A DNA stretch of 64,000 nt, taken from the NCBI GenBank assembly GCA_964016885.1, contig OZ024747.1:36332001-36396000 (forward strand). Reading direction: 5' to 3'. The notes beneath the pieces were generated by a model. That model did no database searches, was not told the DNA's origin, and saw nothing but the letters and a program-made list of their open reading frames with translations. Position 1 is the stretch's first letter. Every line of letters starts with the position of its first letter. Of this stretch, positions 1 through 12,049 are shown in pieces. Source of the stretch: Eledone cirrhosa. Taxonomy: Eukaryota. A program made the position numbers and the translations under genes.

Positions 1-229
1 CAGTGGTCGTGATAACCAAAGATGTGGGTTTGACTCCAATGTACGTCAAAACTCATCTTTTTCCATTTATCTGAGGGTTCTAAACCCCATTATCAGGCTA
101 AAATTCCTTTAGTCAAAAATACGATGAAAGCTACATATATATATATATATATATATAAAGAAAAAGAGATGAAATCGAAAATGGAACTGGAGTTTTTTTT
201 TTTTTTTAAATATATATATTTATTTGGTT

Positions 230-267
230 CCTTTACCGGTTTCGCAGTTCTTCTGCTTTTCAAAAGG
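230..267 (-). ncRNA. Minimal type I hammerhead ribozyme motif, U3-A8 core variant
   Basis: Reverse complement reads CCTT-TTGAAAA-GCAG aagaa CTGC-GAAA-CCGG-TA-AAGG. Stems I and II pair and stem III is palindromic. Confidence 0.7.
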
Positions 268-749
268 TGAGTTGAGATGGAGGGTCTGTGGTTTTTCTCA
301 CATCTGGTTGGTCTCTGAATGTTACTTGTTTTATATGGAAAAAGTGGCTCGAAATGCCAGGTTTTTCGAGAAGTAATTTGATTGGTTTGTCAATAATTAT
401 AATAAATTTCGCGCCAGTTCGCGTTACAATAGTTCTTCAAATAAGAGAGGGGGGTTGTCACAGGTTGTGTTTTCATATATGAGTGTTTGAATTTCTTTTT
501 ACTTGAAAAAAGGAGGCTCACGAATGCTTTTTTTTGGTTGGTTATAAATGAAATTTGGCTGTCACGTGAACAAGTTTTCGTTACATTTTTGCGCCCTTAT
601 TTGGAAAACTATTCTGTAGTCTTTATAGTGAATGTTATGACAATGGAGAGATAGTGGTCAAGAGAAAAGGGATTGGAAGAATTGTTCTGGTTCAGTGAAT
701 ATGGTTAGTTCGCTGGGGTGTCAGAGGTCAGATTTTCTATTGAAGTGAT

Positions 750-1110
750 GATATGTATGTTTATTTGTGTGCTTGTGTGTGTGTATGTGTGTATTGGAAG
801 ATGATTCTATTAGTAGAGATGGGGGAGGGAGTTGTGTGTGTGTGTATATGGGTGTTATGTGTGTGTGTGCGAGTATGTTAAGATGGAGAGAATATATATT
901 TTGTGTGTGTGTATATATATATGTGTGTAGGAAAGTGGTTCTATTAGTAGAAATGGGGAGGGAGTTGTAGGTGTGGGGGTTGTTATGTATGTGTATGGGT
1001 GTTGTGTGTGGGAGTATGGTTAGCATGTTAATATGAAGAGAATATATATATATATATATTGTGTGTGTGTGTATGTGTGTGTGTAGGAAAGTGATTCCTT
1101 TAGTAGGAAT
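750..1110. repeat. Imperfect ~135-bp tandem repeat with (GT)n/(TA)n inside the PLE 3' UTR (mirrored at ~4440-4800)
   Basis: Recurrent 'gattctattagtagaRatggggRagggagttgt...gagtatg.ttaR.atg' units. Confidence 0.7.
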
Positions 1111-1270
1111 ATTTTTGAATGAACATGTTTTCCTTACTTATTCGTGTTTCTTGTTGTATTGTCAGTGCAAACGTATGTTAAGGTTTATTTAGTTCGGGTT
1201 TTTATTTTCTAAAGTAGAAGGTGTTATGTGTGTGTGTGTATGTCATATTATGGTGTTGACATAATGTATA

Positions 1271-3541
1271 TTAAACCTTATTTAATGTTGGTCTATATTT
1301 TTGAATAAACATATTTTCCTTATTTATTCGCATTTGTTCTGTTGTATTGTTAGCGCAAAGGTAAAATGGGAAGACTTGGAATTTGGGTGTCTTATTACTT
1401 GCGCAAATGTCTAGATATGCACTTAGTGGTATCTGTCTCGTGGTTGGATCTCGTAATTGTTGGCGATGAACTGTCATTCTGTTTCTGAGTGTGAGTTTAG
1501 TTTGTCCTATATAATCTTCATTGCATCCTTTACATTTAATGGCATAAAGAAGATTTTTTGATGAGCAAGTGAAGTGATTTTTTACAGTAAAATTTTGTCC
1601 TGATTTAAATGTATACGTGTTGCCTTCAATGAGGTGAGTGCAGGTTCCACAATTAGAGCGACCACATTTTTTGATACTTGGTTGTGGGTTTGTGGTAGGT
1701 AATTTGGCATTGGTGAGTAATGTTTTCAGTGATTTTGGTTGTCTTTTGCTTTTGATTATTTTGTGTGTTTCAAGGGCTTTTTTCATTCTTGGGTTTTGTT
1801 TTAGGAGTGGGATGTTATTGTGAATAGTGTTGTAAGCTTCCGCATTTCTTGGGTTGTGTGTTGAGATATATGATAGAATATTGAACGTACCTTGAATTTG
1901 TTTCTGTTTCCGTAATTCATCAATGCCTATTGCTTTAGCCCTTTCTATTCCATTATTTATTAGTAATAGTGGGTACTCTCTCTCGAGTAGAATTTCCTTT
2001 AATTCTTGAAGTCTTTTATTTCGCGTTTCATAATTGGAGACAATTGTGCAAATTCTTCTTGTTAGGTTAAAAGGAATGTTCGTCTTCGGGTGCTTTGGAT
2101 GGTTGGAGGTGAATAGCAGATATTGTTTGGAATCTGTTGGTTTGTAGTGTATGTCAGTTTCGATATTTGTGTCTTTTTTTAAGATTAAGATGTCCAGAAA
2201 TGGGAGTTGATCTTGGCTGTATTCCATTGTGAATTGGATGTGGTTATTGATGCCGTTTATTAAGTTTTTGAAATCCTTCAGTTGGTCGAGTGTGTGGGAC
2301 CAAAGAATGAGGCAATCATCCAAGTAGCGTTTCCAATTCTCTGATAAATATTTGTGGAAGTTCAATCCGTATTTTGATTTGGACTGTTCATATATCTGGA
2401 ATTCTAAGTATGCCATGACTAAGTTGGCATAAGTTGGAGCGGCTTTTGTACCCATCGCAGTCCCCGATATTTGCTTGTAAGTATTGCCATCGAAATCAAA
2501 AAAGTTGTTCTGTAGGATGAATTTTTATCCCTCGGTGATGAGGTTTTTTTCTATTCTGTCAGGTATCTCATTGGGATATTTCTCTAGCCAGAATCCTATT
2601 GCTTCTAGTCCGTATTGGTGTGGGAGCGTTGTGTAGAGATTCACTACACCGAAAGACACAATGATAGTGTCGTTGTTGACATGTTTGGGGAGGTGGTTTA
2701 AGAGGTCCAGATCGTCTCTTACAAGGCTTGGTATGTGTTTCAGTATTGGTTTCAGTAGTATGTCTATAAAGTTGCTCAATCTGTGTGTTTCACATTGTGG
2801 TCCCGCTACAATTGGTCTTAATTTAAGGTATGTGGGGTATTGTGTGTTCACGCAGGCTGAGGTGGATTGTTTACAGGCATCGTTGATTATTTTACACTTG
2901 TGGATCTTCGGAAGTCCGTAAAGGTTGCTGGTTTTATATTCAAAATTTGTTAAATAATCGCGTTCCTTTTTAGTTAGGTCTTCCTGGTATCGATAAATCA
3001 GTGTGTTTAATTTGGTGATTATTTTTGATTGCTGGTAGTTTTTTACTCTTTCATAGTAATTAGTATTTTGTAAGAGAGATAACATAGAATTTTTATATTT
3101 TTCAGCCTCCATAATGACAACAGTACTTCCCTTGTCCGCTTCCTTAATTATAATGTCCGTATTGTTTTTTAGTTCATGGATAATCTCCCATTCCCTTCGA
3201 CTTGTGTTGGGTTTGGGTTTAGGTTGCGGTAGTTCATGGTATGGGAAGGTAGCTATGTGGTCACAAAATTTGTCCAGAACTCTGTTTCTACCTTTTGTTG
3301 GGTTGTAGCTGCTTTTATTCCGTACAATTGATTCGTCGTTATTCTCCTTGTCAAAGAATTCCTCTGTGAGACGTAATTTTCTACAGAAGTGTGAGATATC
3401 GTCATTTATCTCGTTGGGGTTAGGGTATGGTGGTGTTGGTGTGAATTTCAGACCTTTGAAGAGAATTTTTACTTGTTGGGCTGAGAGGTTTGTATTTGAA
3501 ATGTTAATTATTTTCGGTTTTTCAAAATCGGTTTGTGCCAC
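1271..3541 (-). pseudogene. PLE polyprotein (RT + GIY-YIG endonuclease) with one in-frame TAA at 2525-2527
   Basis: ORFs 3541-2525 and 2455-1271 are in the same frame. Motifs: KGLKFTPTP, IIIKEADKG, YGLPKIHK, LRPIV, GTAMG..APTYANL, YLDD, LPFLD, CxxxxCxxC, LLYAIKC..C..YIGQT...R...H. Confidence 0.93.
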
Positions 3542-5293
3542 CGGGTGTTGTGAGTCCTGTAGCCTTGGTCTAAAAAATGATTTCTCTGGAATGTTTTTTC
3601 ATTGGTATTATTATATCTAATGGTATTTCCCCTGTTGTTGTGTGGTCTTGTATAGGAGTTTCGGACGTATTGAGGTTCGGTTTGTTGATAGTCCGGGTTG
3701 TAGATTTGGTTCCTTTGTGTGGGTTGGGATCTACGGTTTTGGAACAGGCTCTGTGTGGGCAGGGGTCTACGGTTTTGGAATAGGTTTTGTGTGGGTTGTG
3801 ATATGCGGATCAGGTCCTGCCTTGTGTTCGGGGATCTTTGGTTTTTGTTAGTACGGTTATAGTTTTGTCTATGGTTTCTGGGATTATCGTTATAGTTTTG
3901 CTGGGGGTATGTTGGCGTTTTGTTACTTTTTTTCTTATTTGTTGTGCATGTGGTGTGTGAGTTTTAGTTTGTTTTAAAAAAGGGTTACCTTTATGTTGTT
4001 CATTTTTGAAGTCCATTTCGTAGTTGTTGAACCAGGTGGCGTTTTTTTCCCATCGCTGGAGGGATACAAACAGAATGACAGTTCATCGCCAACAATTACG
4101 AGATCCAACCACGAGACAGATACCACTAAGTGCATATCTAGACATTTACGCAAGTAATAAGACACCCAAATTCCAAGTCGTCCCATTTTACCTTTGCGCT
4201 AACAATACAACAGAACAAATGCGAATAAATAAGGAAAATATGTTTATTCAAAAATATAGACCAACATTAAATAAGGTTTAATATACATTAAGTCAACACC
4301 ATAATATGACATACACACACACACATAACACCTTCTACTTTAGAAAATAAAAACTCGAACTAAATAAACCTTAACATACGTTTGCACTGACAATACAACA
4401 GCAAACACGAATAAGTAAGGAAAACATGATCATTCAAAAATATTCCTACTAAAGGAATCACTTTCCTACACACACACATACACACACACACAATATATAT
4501 ATATATATTCTCTTCATCTTAACATGCTAACCATACTCCCACACACATAACACCCATACACACACATAACAACCCCCACACCTACAACTCCCTCCCCATT
4601 TCTACTAATAGAACCACTTTCCTACACACAAAATATATATTCTCTCCATCTTAACATACTCGCACACACACACATAACACCCATATACACACACACACAC
4701 ACACAACTCTCTCCCCCATCTCTACTAATAGAATCATCTTCCAATACACACATACACACACACACACACATACACACACACAAGCACAAAAATAAACATA
4801 CATATCTTCACTTCAATAGAAAATCTGAACTCTGACACCCCAGCGAACTAACCATATTTACTGAACCAGAACAATTCTTCCAATCCCTTTTCTCTTGACC
4901 ACTATCTCTCCATTGTCATAACATTCACTATAAAGACTACAGAATAGTTTTCCAAATAAGGGCGCAAAAATGTAATGAAAACTTGTTCACGTGACAGCCA
5001 AATTTTATTTATAACCAACCAAAAAAAAGCATTCGTGAGCCTCCTTTTTTCAAGTAAAAAGAAATTCAAACACTCATATATGAAAACACAACCTGTGACA
5101 ACCCCCGCCCCCTCTCTTATTTGGAGAACTATTGTAACGCGAACTGGCGCGAAATTTATTATAATTATTGACAAACGAATCAAATTACTTTTCGAAAAAC
5201 CTGGCATTTCGAGCCACTTTTTCCATATGAAACAAGTAACATTCAGAGACCAACCAGATGTGAGAAAAACCACAGACCCTCCATCTCAACTCA

Positions 5294-5331
5294 CCTTTTG
5301 AAAAGCAGAAGAACTGCGAAACCGGTAAAGG
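5294..5331 (+). ncRNA. Minimal type I hammerhead ribozyme motif, U3-A8 core variant (inverted-arm copy)
   Basis: cctt TTGAAAA gcag-aagaa-ctgc GAAA ccgg TA aagg; identical to the 230-267 copy. Confidence 0.7.
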
Positions 5332-5468
5332 AACCAAATAAATATATATATTTTTTAAAAAAATAAGACTCCAGTTGCATTTTCGATTTCATCTCTTTTT
5401 GTTTATACTTTCACTCGTGTAGGACACCTCGGTTATTTTTCATTTTGTGAAAATAACCTCACTTTCTA

Positions 5469-5534
<66 letters not shown>

Positions 5535-5596
5535 TATATAATATATATATATATATAGAATATAAGATGAAAAGATGGTTAAAAGAGTTCCATGTA

Positions 5597-5663
5597 TTTT
5601 ATTATACGCATTTCAAAAACAAATATCATCATGGGATGATATTTGCGTTCTCATCAGATGAAA
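5597..5663 (-). ncRNA. Hammerhead ribozyme motif, canonical core, long stem II
   Basis: Reverse complement: tttcat CTGATGA gaacgcaaatatcatc-ccat-gatgatatttgttttt GAAA tgcgta TA ataaaa. Lies downstream of the 6820-7590 PLE fragment on the same strand. Confidence 0.65.
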
Positions 5664-6376
5664 TAGTGAAACATAATATGAAGCTTAAAAAACACTTGCG
5701 AGCAGTGAAGTGTTAAATCTACATATGAAAAATAATAAGATGGATATGTGAGATTTGACAAAAAAGAAGGAACAGGAATGAAAAGATAAGGAAGAGGAAG
5801 GAAGAAAATAAAGGATGACGGGGGAGGAGTATAAGAAGGAAGGATGAGAGAGGAGGAGAAATGAGTGAGAGAGAGAGAGAGATAGCCTTTAATACTGAGA
5901 AATAAATAAAAAACGTTGTAAGATTATACATAATTAAAAACAAATTTTGAAATTAAAAGTTAATGTGGTTTACTAAGTGTGATGTTTATGATTAAAGAAA
6001 AGAGAATTAAGAATAGTATTATGTTAAGGTTTATATATTCAAGGGTTTAATAATATGTGCGAAAAGGAATTTATTAATATGTATTATTAAATTTAAAATA
6101 TTAAGGAAATAAGGTGAATGAAGAAGAAATTAGATGAATTATGAACTTAGAGGAATTAGTTAGGGTATAAGTGTGTTTCTATATATTGTAATATGAAAAA
6201 GTAAATAATAGGTTTAATACGAGCACGGAAGGAGAGAAGAAAAAAGAAAATTTAAAGGAGAAAAAATATATAACGTCAAAAAAATATATGTTTACAAAAT
6301 TTACTAATGGTAATATTAGTATATATTAAAAATATAGTTTGTATGGCCAATAATATAAGGGAAATGCTATAGTGCG

Positions 6377-6563
6377 TAATTGTTTCTACTTTAGGCACAA
6401 GGCCAGCAATTAACCAGTACATTACTGGTACTTTATTCTATCGACCCCGTAAGGATAAAAGGCAAAGTCAACCTCGGCGGGATTTGAACTCAGATAGTAA
6501 AGGGACGTAACTATGATGGAAAGCATGGCGTCCGACCCTCTACAGATACTGCCAATCCACCGC
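6377..6563 (-). mobile_element. tRNA-derived SINE (octopod-type family)
   Basis: A-box (tggcagtatc) and B-box (gagttcaaatcc), core 'tccttacggggtcgataRaataaagtaccag', and the family 3' tail. About 10 copies in the window. Confidence 0.85.
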
Positions 6564-6819
6564 TATAGTAATTAATAATATGAGTTAAGAAGTAATTGAG
6601 AAGTAAAAGTTACAGATTAAAGATTAGAAATTAAAAAATAAAAAAGGAAAAAAGGAAAAAAAGGATGTAAAAGAAGAAAAATAGGGGACCTCTAACAACA
6701 TAGAATGAGTAAATTGTATAATATAATATACTGAAATAAGGTACGAGGATGGGTATATTTGTAAAAGATATAAAAGCGTTTGAGAAAAAAAGTTTTTTAA
6801 CTAATTAGGTGGTGAGATA

Positions 6820-7590
6820 TTAGCTGTATACTTTATGGAAAATTCTATGGGATTTATGCAAGCAGAGCGAAAATAAAACCGTACGTCTATTTATTATAAA
6901 ATTAAAATTATAGATAATGGTAAATTTCTCGGCTAGGCAGAGATTAACTGTTCTGGATAGGGCAGAATTACAGTAAGGAGAGGCCTTGCAACCCTTCCTC
7001 CAACAAATGTTGTATTTAATATTTTTGTCTTTTAAGGACCATATGCGTTCTGAGAGTGTCGTGTTAGTTCTATTAAGCTGGTATTTGAAATACGAATTGT
7101 GATTATAAAATCTTGCTTTAAAGGAAGTGGAAGTGGAAACAAAATAGGTAAAATAATTAGTACCAGATATAACCTTACATTCATACACTAATTTTTATAA
7201 AGACATTGGCTATTAAGAGGACATTTAGTTCTAACAGGGCAATTACAATTACTATTAGAGAAATTACCAGAGTTATTAACAAGTGACCTAGTATTATTTA
7301 TAGAAGGATTGGAGAAGTTATTTACGATAGATGCTAAAGTTTCCTCATTTAGATTGGTGTTATGAACATTCGACAAAGTTACGTTTGACGTCGTATTTAA
7401 ATTTACTGAATTTAGCCTAGAGTTAACATTGACGTCGCGTTTACTATTGCTATTATTATGACGCTCAGTGTTGGATGGATATAATTTATTATATAATATT
7501 TTATTATTATGTTTAGAGATAATGTTAGAGGTGTTGGAATTGGTGGAATAAGAGAATTTGATTGTATGTTTGTTAAAGATCTTACTATAG
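6820..7590 (-). pseudogene. PLE 3' fragment (GIY-YIG; lineage with KIFN..TIK.SYS and CNC...CPL motifs)
   Basis: SKIFNKHTIKFSYST, CNCPVRTKCPLNSQCL, YECKV...YF..T..FKARFYNH, NLCLAEK. Confidence 0.8.
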
Positions 7591-8245
7591 ACAAGCAACG
7601 ACTCCATTGGATTGGTCACCTTGCCGGGATGAAGGATTATAGAATACCAAAACACCTATTTTATGGAGAGTTAGTTAAAGGAAAACGACCGCCACATAAA
7701 CCAAAAAGAGGTATAAGGATTCCTTTGAAAGACGCTAACATCTCTGCTGATAAATGGGAAAATGTTGCTGCTGATCGCAATAAATGGAGAAAGACTGTAT
7801 ATGAGGGGAAAGTTGCTTTTGAGGCATCTCGAATAGCATACGAGAAAGTAAAGCGGGATGTGAGGAAGGGCATAGCTGATGCATTTTCCAGACGGCGAAG
7901 GTCCTCCTATGGCGCTGACATGCAGCGTCTGTGCGAGACTCTGACTAAGCAAAGCTGGACTCGAAAGTCATCTTCGCAGTTTCCACTTCCACTTCCTTTA
8001 AAGCAAGATTTTATAATCACAATTCGTATTTCAAATACCAGCTTAATAGTGGTTGACTCCCAGGCTGCTGTTGGAGATGCTACTCATCATGCTTGCCAAG
8101 CATGTGGTAAAGAATGTAAATAAGCAGGAGGGCTCAAACGACATGTAAAAGTAAATGAACTCCAACCACAGCCGATTATTCCCAGTGAATTTTGGTTGCC
8201 AACTCTGTGCAAGACATTTTAGATCATTAGTTGGACTGTTAACAC
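7590..8245 (+). pseudogene. RTE-clade LINE 3' fragment with C-terminal C2H2-like fingers
   Basis: QRLHWIGHLAGM..RIPKHLFYGEL..GKR..WENVAADRNKWRK, followed by three CxxC...GL..H-like motifs. Confidence 0.8.
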
Positions 8246-8539
8246 CGTGTAACATATTGTCTTGTTCCCTGGTTCTAACTGTCATTTCCTGGTTTATTAC
8301 ATCCCATTATTATAAGAAAATACTATTATTTAATCAAATGTTTGGGTTTTTCTTCAGGAGTTTGATATTTCGAAATTTTCATATTTTTCAAGAAAAAACA
8401 CATTTTTTTTTTATTTATCAGTTCATATAATTAAATCAACAGAGTATATATTTATTTTATTACACAAGCTTATCAAAAGCAAACAAGTAAAAACAAATAA
8501 CACTTATAAAGCAACTTATACACGTCAGAAATGACTGGA

Positions 8540-9610
8540 TTTCCTGGATTTGTGGTTGTAGTCCAGGTCGCATTCCCGCACTAGCCCCCAGATATAGTCC
8601 GCCATCATGTTTTCCTTGTAGTAGCCCTGGTACCTCCGCTATATCTCTTTCACATCTTGGTGGAATCGTTCACCTTGTTCTTCTGAGTAGGCGCCCATAT
8701 TGTCCTTGAAATTTTCCAGGTGAGCGTCCAGCATATGGACATTAAGCAACATCTGCATGCGATGGCGCCAAAAGCCTTTATCAGATCCTGCACCAGTTGC
8801 TGGTAGTTTTCAGGTCTGTAGTTGCCCAGGAAGCCCTTAACAACTACCTTGAAACTGTTCCATGCTGTCCTCTCAATCCTATTGAGTTTATTGGAGAACT
8901 CGGTAGACTCAAACACCTTCGTTATCTGAGGTCAAACAAAAATTCCACCTTTGATTTTGGCCTCAGATAACTTGGGGAAGAACTCAAGAAAGTACTTAAA
9001 AGCGGCTGATTCTTGGTTGAGCGCCTTCACAAACTGCTTCATCAACCCAAACTTAATGTGCAGTGGCGGCATGAGCACAATCCTGGTATCAACCAGTGAC
9101 TCCCACATGACGTTCCGGGTTCCAGCTACAAATTACGTTCGCTGCTCCCAGTTCTTTCTGTTGTAGTGGTCAGAAGTGGCTCTGCTGTCCCAAAAGCAGA
9201 GGAAGCATTGGAATTTGATAAAGCCTCCTTGGAGTTCAAGCAGGAAAGCCACCATCTTGAAGTCTCTAATGATTTCTCAATTGTACTGGTTGTATTGCAG
9301 AGCTTTCAAGAGGATTTTCACACTGTAGTAATCTCTCTTCAGGCAGACTGAATGAGCTAGGGCAGTGTCGGGAACTTGTTTGCATTATGGAGGAGGACAG
9401 CCTTCAAACTTGTGGTGGAGCTGCCTATAAACAGCCGCCACTCGTTGGGCACAAACGGCACCCCAATAACGTCAAACAGTCCAGGCACATCATGGCAGAA
9501 GCAGAGGCCATCCCTAAGAGTGTAAAAGCCTGAGAAAGGTTCCTGTCGACTTCTCTGACTTGTCACCTGCACTTCCTCTATGACCAAGTTCCACTGCTTC
9601 ATCCTGGAGA
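8540..9610 (-). pseudogene. Chapaev3-like DNA transposase remnant
   Basis: EWRLFIGSS..SLKAVLLHN, PPLHIKLGLMKQFVKAL, FPKLSEAKIK, AWNSFK.VV.GFLGN, GAYSEEQGERFHQD, YQG....MMADY; frameshifted. Confidence 0.8.
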
Positions 9611-10057
9611 CGAATGCTTAAAACAAAACTTACCCTTTATTCAGGGTGCGAAAATCCAGTATCAATAAATCTCTTTCATCCTCTTTTTAACAATGTTATA
9701 CTTTATTGCACTTTTATAATTTTCTATAGGTATTACTCTTTATTTTATAATTTTAATTTAACCTGAAACATATATTAAAAAAAAACTTTTAACATAATCA
9801 AATTGAACTTCATACAACGTAAAATCCAGCATACAAATAATTCTAGTGAATAGCTTAGAATTTTTACAAACCCAAACTTTTAACTGTTTAATAGCACTTT
9901 TTTTTATTTATTTGCGACCTAAGCAACAAAAAAAAAGTGATTACAAGCCAGGAACAGAGAAAACATTTTTTTTGTTACACGGTGTAATTGCTATCGTGTG
10001 TGTGTGTGTAGATATGTTTATGTGTGTGCGCATGTATGTATATATATGTATATTATT

Positions 10058-10257
10058 GTGGATTGGCAGTATCGGTAGAGGGTCGGACGCCATGCTTTCA
10101 CGCATTGAGTTACGGCCCTTGCCATTCTGAGTTCAAATCCCGTCGAGGTTAACTTTGCCTTTCATCCTTACGGGGTCGATAAAATAAAGTACCAGTAATG
10201 TACTGGGTATTTGCTGCCAAAAGTAGAAACAATTATTATTATTATTGTTATTATTAT
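10058..10257 (+). mobile_element. tRNA-derived SINE with (TTA)n tail
   Basis: A and B boxes, family core and tail. Confidence 0.85.
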
Positions 10258-10304
10258 GGGTTTTTTTTTCTCATGCAATGGCCATACTTGATAACGCGGG
10301 GGCA

Positions 10305-10396
<92 letters not shown>

Positions 10397-11112
10397 CGAA
10401 GAAGGTGTGGTAAGGAACCAGATGGACCATAACGCACCAGAGTACTCAATACTTAGGGTAGTCGAGTGGGTAATAGGAGAAAGTATGACCCCGACGGCAG
10501 AGCTCAAGCCGTTTCGACGGCTATTTCTGGACTAATGTAAGAGTATTGTTAGTCTGGTAAATAAATAGCCGAACTTTTCAAAGGGGTACTTCCTTATATG
10601 TTAAGATTGTAGTTGTCAAGTGGATTGGTCAAAATTTGTCGAAGACACAGAAAAGTCTATCATGGCAGTGGGTGCGGGGTGGGGTTGGCTGAACTTGCCT
10701 GTAGAATGATAAGGGAGTGGGTAGAGCCGGTCAAGCGGTGAAGGTGAAATCTACACGGCCAATTCTAAGGAATGTGTATGAAAGTAGGCCAGAGAAGGTA
10801 GGCGAAAAAAGTTTTCTTGAGAAAATGGCGGAGGGACGTTTTAGAATTGGTAAATTAAATGACAATTAAAAAATATAATAAAAAAAGAATATATTAAAAA
10901 ATGAGAGAAAAATATATTAGAATGTAAGATTGGAAAGTGAGAAGTGAAATAAAACAAAAACTAAGGAGTCTAACACAGCTGCTACATTTAGTTGGTGCTG
11001 CTTTTTCGGCCAATGCTATAGAATGAGTTGCTAGATGAGAATTATTGAAATTTTAGAATTGGGTATTAAAAATTAATACATCTCTGGGGTCTAACGCAGC
11101 TGCTATAAATAG

Positions 11113-11835
11113 TTAGTATAGCGTAATCGGCCAATGCTTCCCGGGTGGGAAGGTGAGTGAGTCCAAAAAGCGGAGGGCGTGGTTGGTGTCGGAGATGTGG
11201 GAGGAGAGGGCGGTGACGAGGGTATCGAGGATGGAGTCTAGCAAGGCGGAGATGAATTCGGTGGGGCAGTTGCAGGAGAAGACGATAGGGCGGCCGGGGT
11301 TATCGCGTTTGTGGATTTGGGGGAGGAAGTAGATGATGGGGGTGCGTGCGATGGGGACGATGAGGTGAAACGTGGTGGGAGGAAGGAGGGCGGAGGGTAC
11401 GAGATGTTGGATGGTGGAGGAAACTTGTTCTTGGTAGTGAGGGTGGGGGTGGTAGGTAAGGGCGGTACAATAGGGGATTACGGAGCTGCCTGAGAGCTTC
11501 AGCCGTGTAAAGGTCGGCTCGCCACACGACCACAGCGCCTCCTTTGGTCGCCGGTTTGATGACGATGTCGTCGCGGTTTCGGAGGGAGCGGAGTACAAGG
11601 AGTTCTGTGATGTTGCTCTGTTTGGAGCGGTGGCAGAAGTCGAAGCGGTTTACTGCGGTACAGCAGGCGTCGACGAAGGTGTCCAGTGTGCTGAATTGAC
11701 CGGATGCCGGCGCCAAGAAGATGGTCGTCGGCGCAGAAGGAGGAAGCGGAGCCGGTGGGTGTTGTAGAAGTGCGTATGTAGCTTGGTGCGTCGCACGAAC
11801 CGCTTGACGTCAGCTCGGGTGCGGAACTCGTCGTT
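11113..11835 (-). pseudogene. GC-rich PLE RT N-terminal fragment (Neptune-like)
   Basis: DDIVIKPATKGGAVVVW (DKG box) and IYFLPQIHKRDNPGRPIV.SC.CPTE.IS. Confidence 0.8.
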
Positions 11836-12049
11836 GTATGTGTATGTATGTATGTGAGTATATATATGTGTGTATTTTCATGCGCATATATATATATTTC
11901 AATATTTGCTAATTATATATACGCCGGTATGTATTTATATGAGTATTTATTATATTTTATTACATTTACCCACGCCTGTCCGCTTAATTTACGGATATAT
12001 GTGTAGGTCCATATATTTATTGAGACATACTTTTATATACACGTGCGTA

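Larger units (their letters stand above)
158..5470 (-). mobile_element. Penelope-like retroelement (Neptune-like RT motifs), 5'-truncated, with inverted copy of its 3' end, inserted in (TA)n
   Basis: Minus-strand RT/GIY-YIG ORF. 158-1484 is repeated inverted at ~4067-5405. (TA)n tracts lie at ~134-157 and from ~5470. Confidence 0.92.

Noticed and set aside
10058-10145. tRNA gene
   Set aside because: The A/B boxes belong to a repeated SINE head, and no intact cloverleaf is evident.
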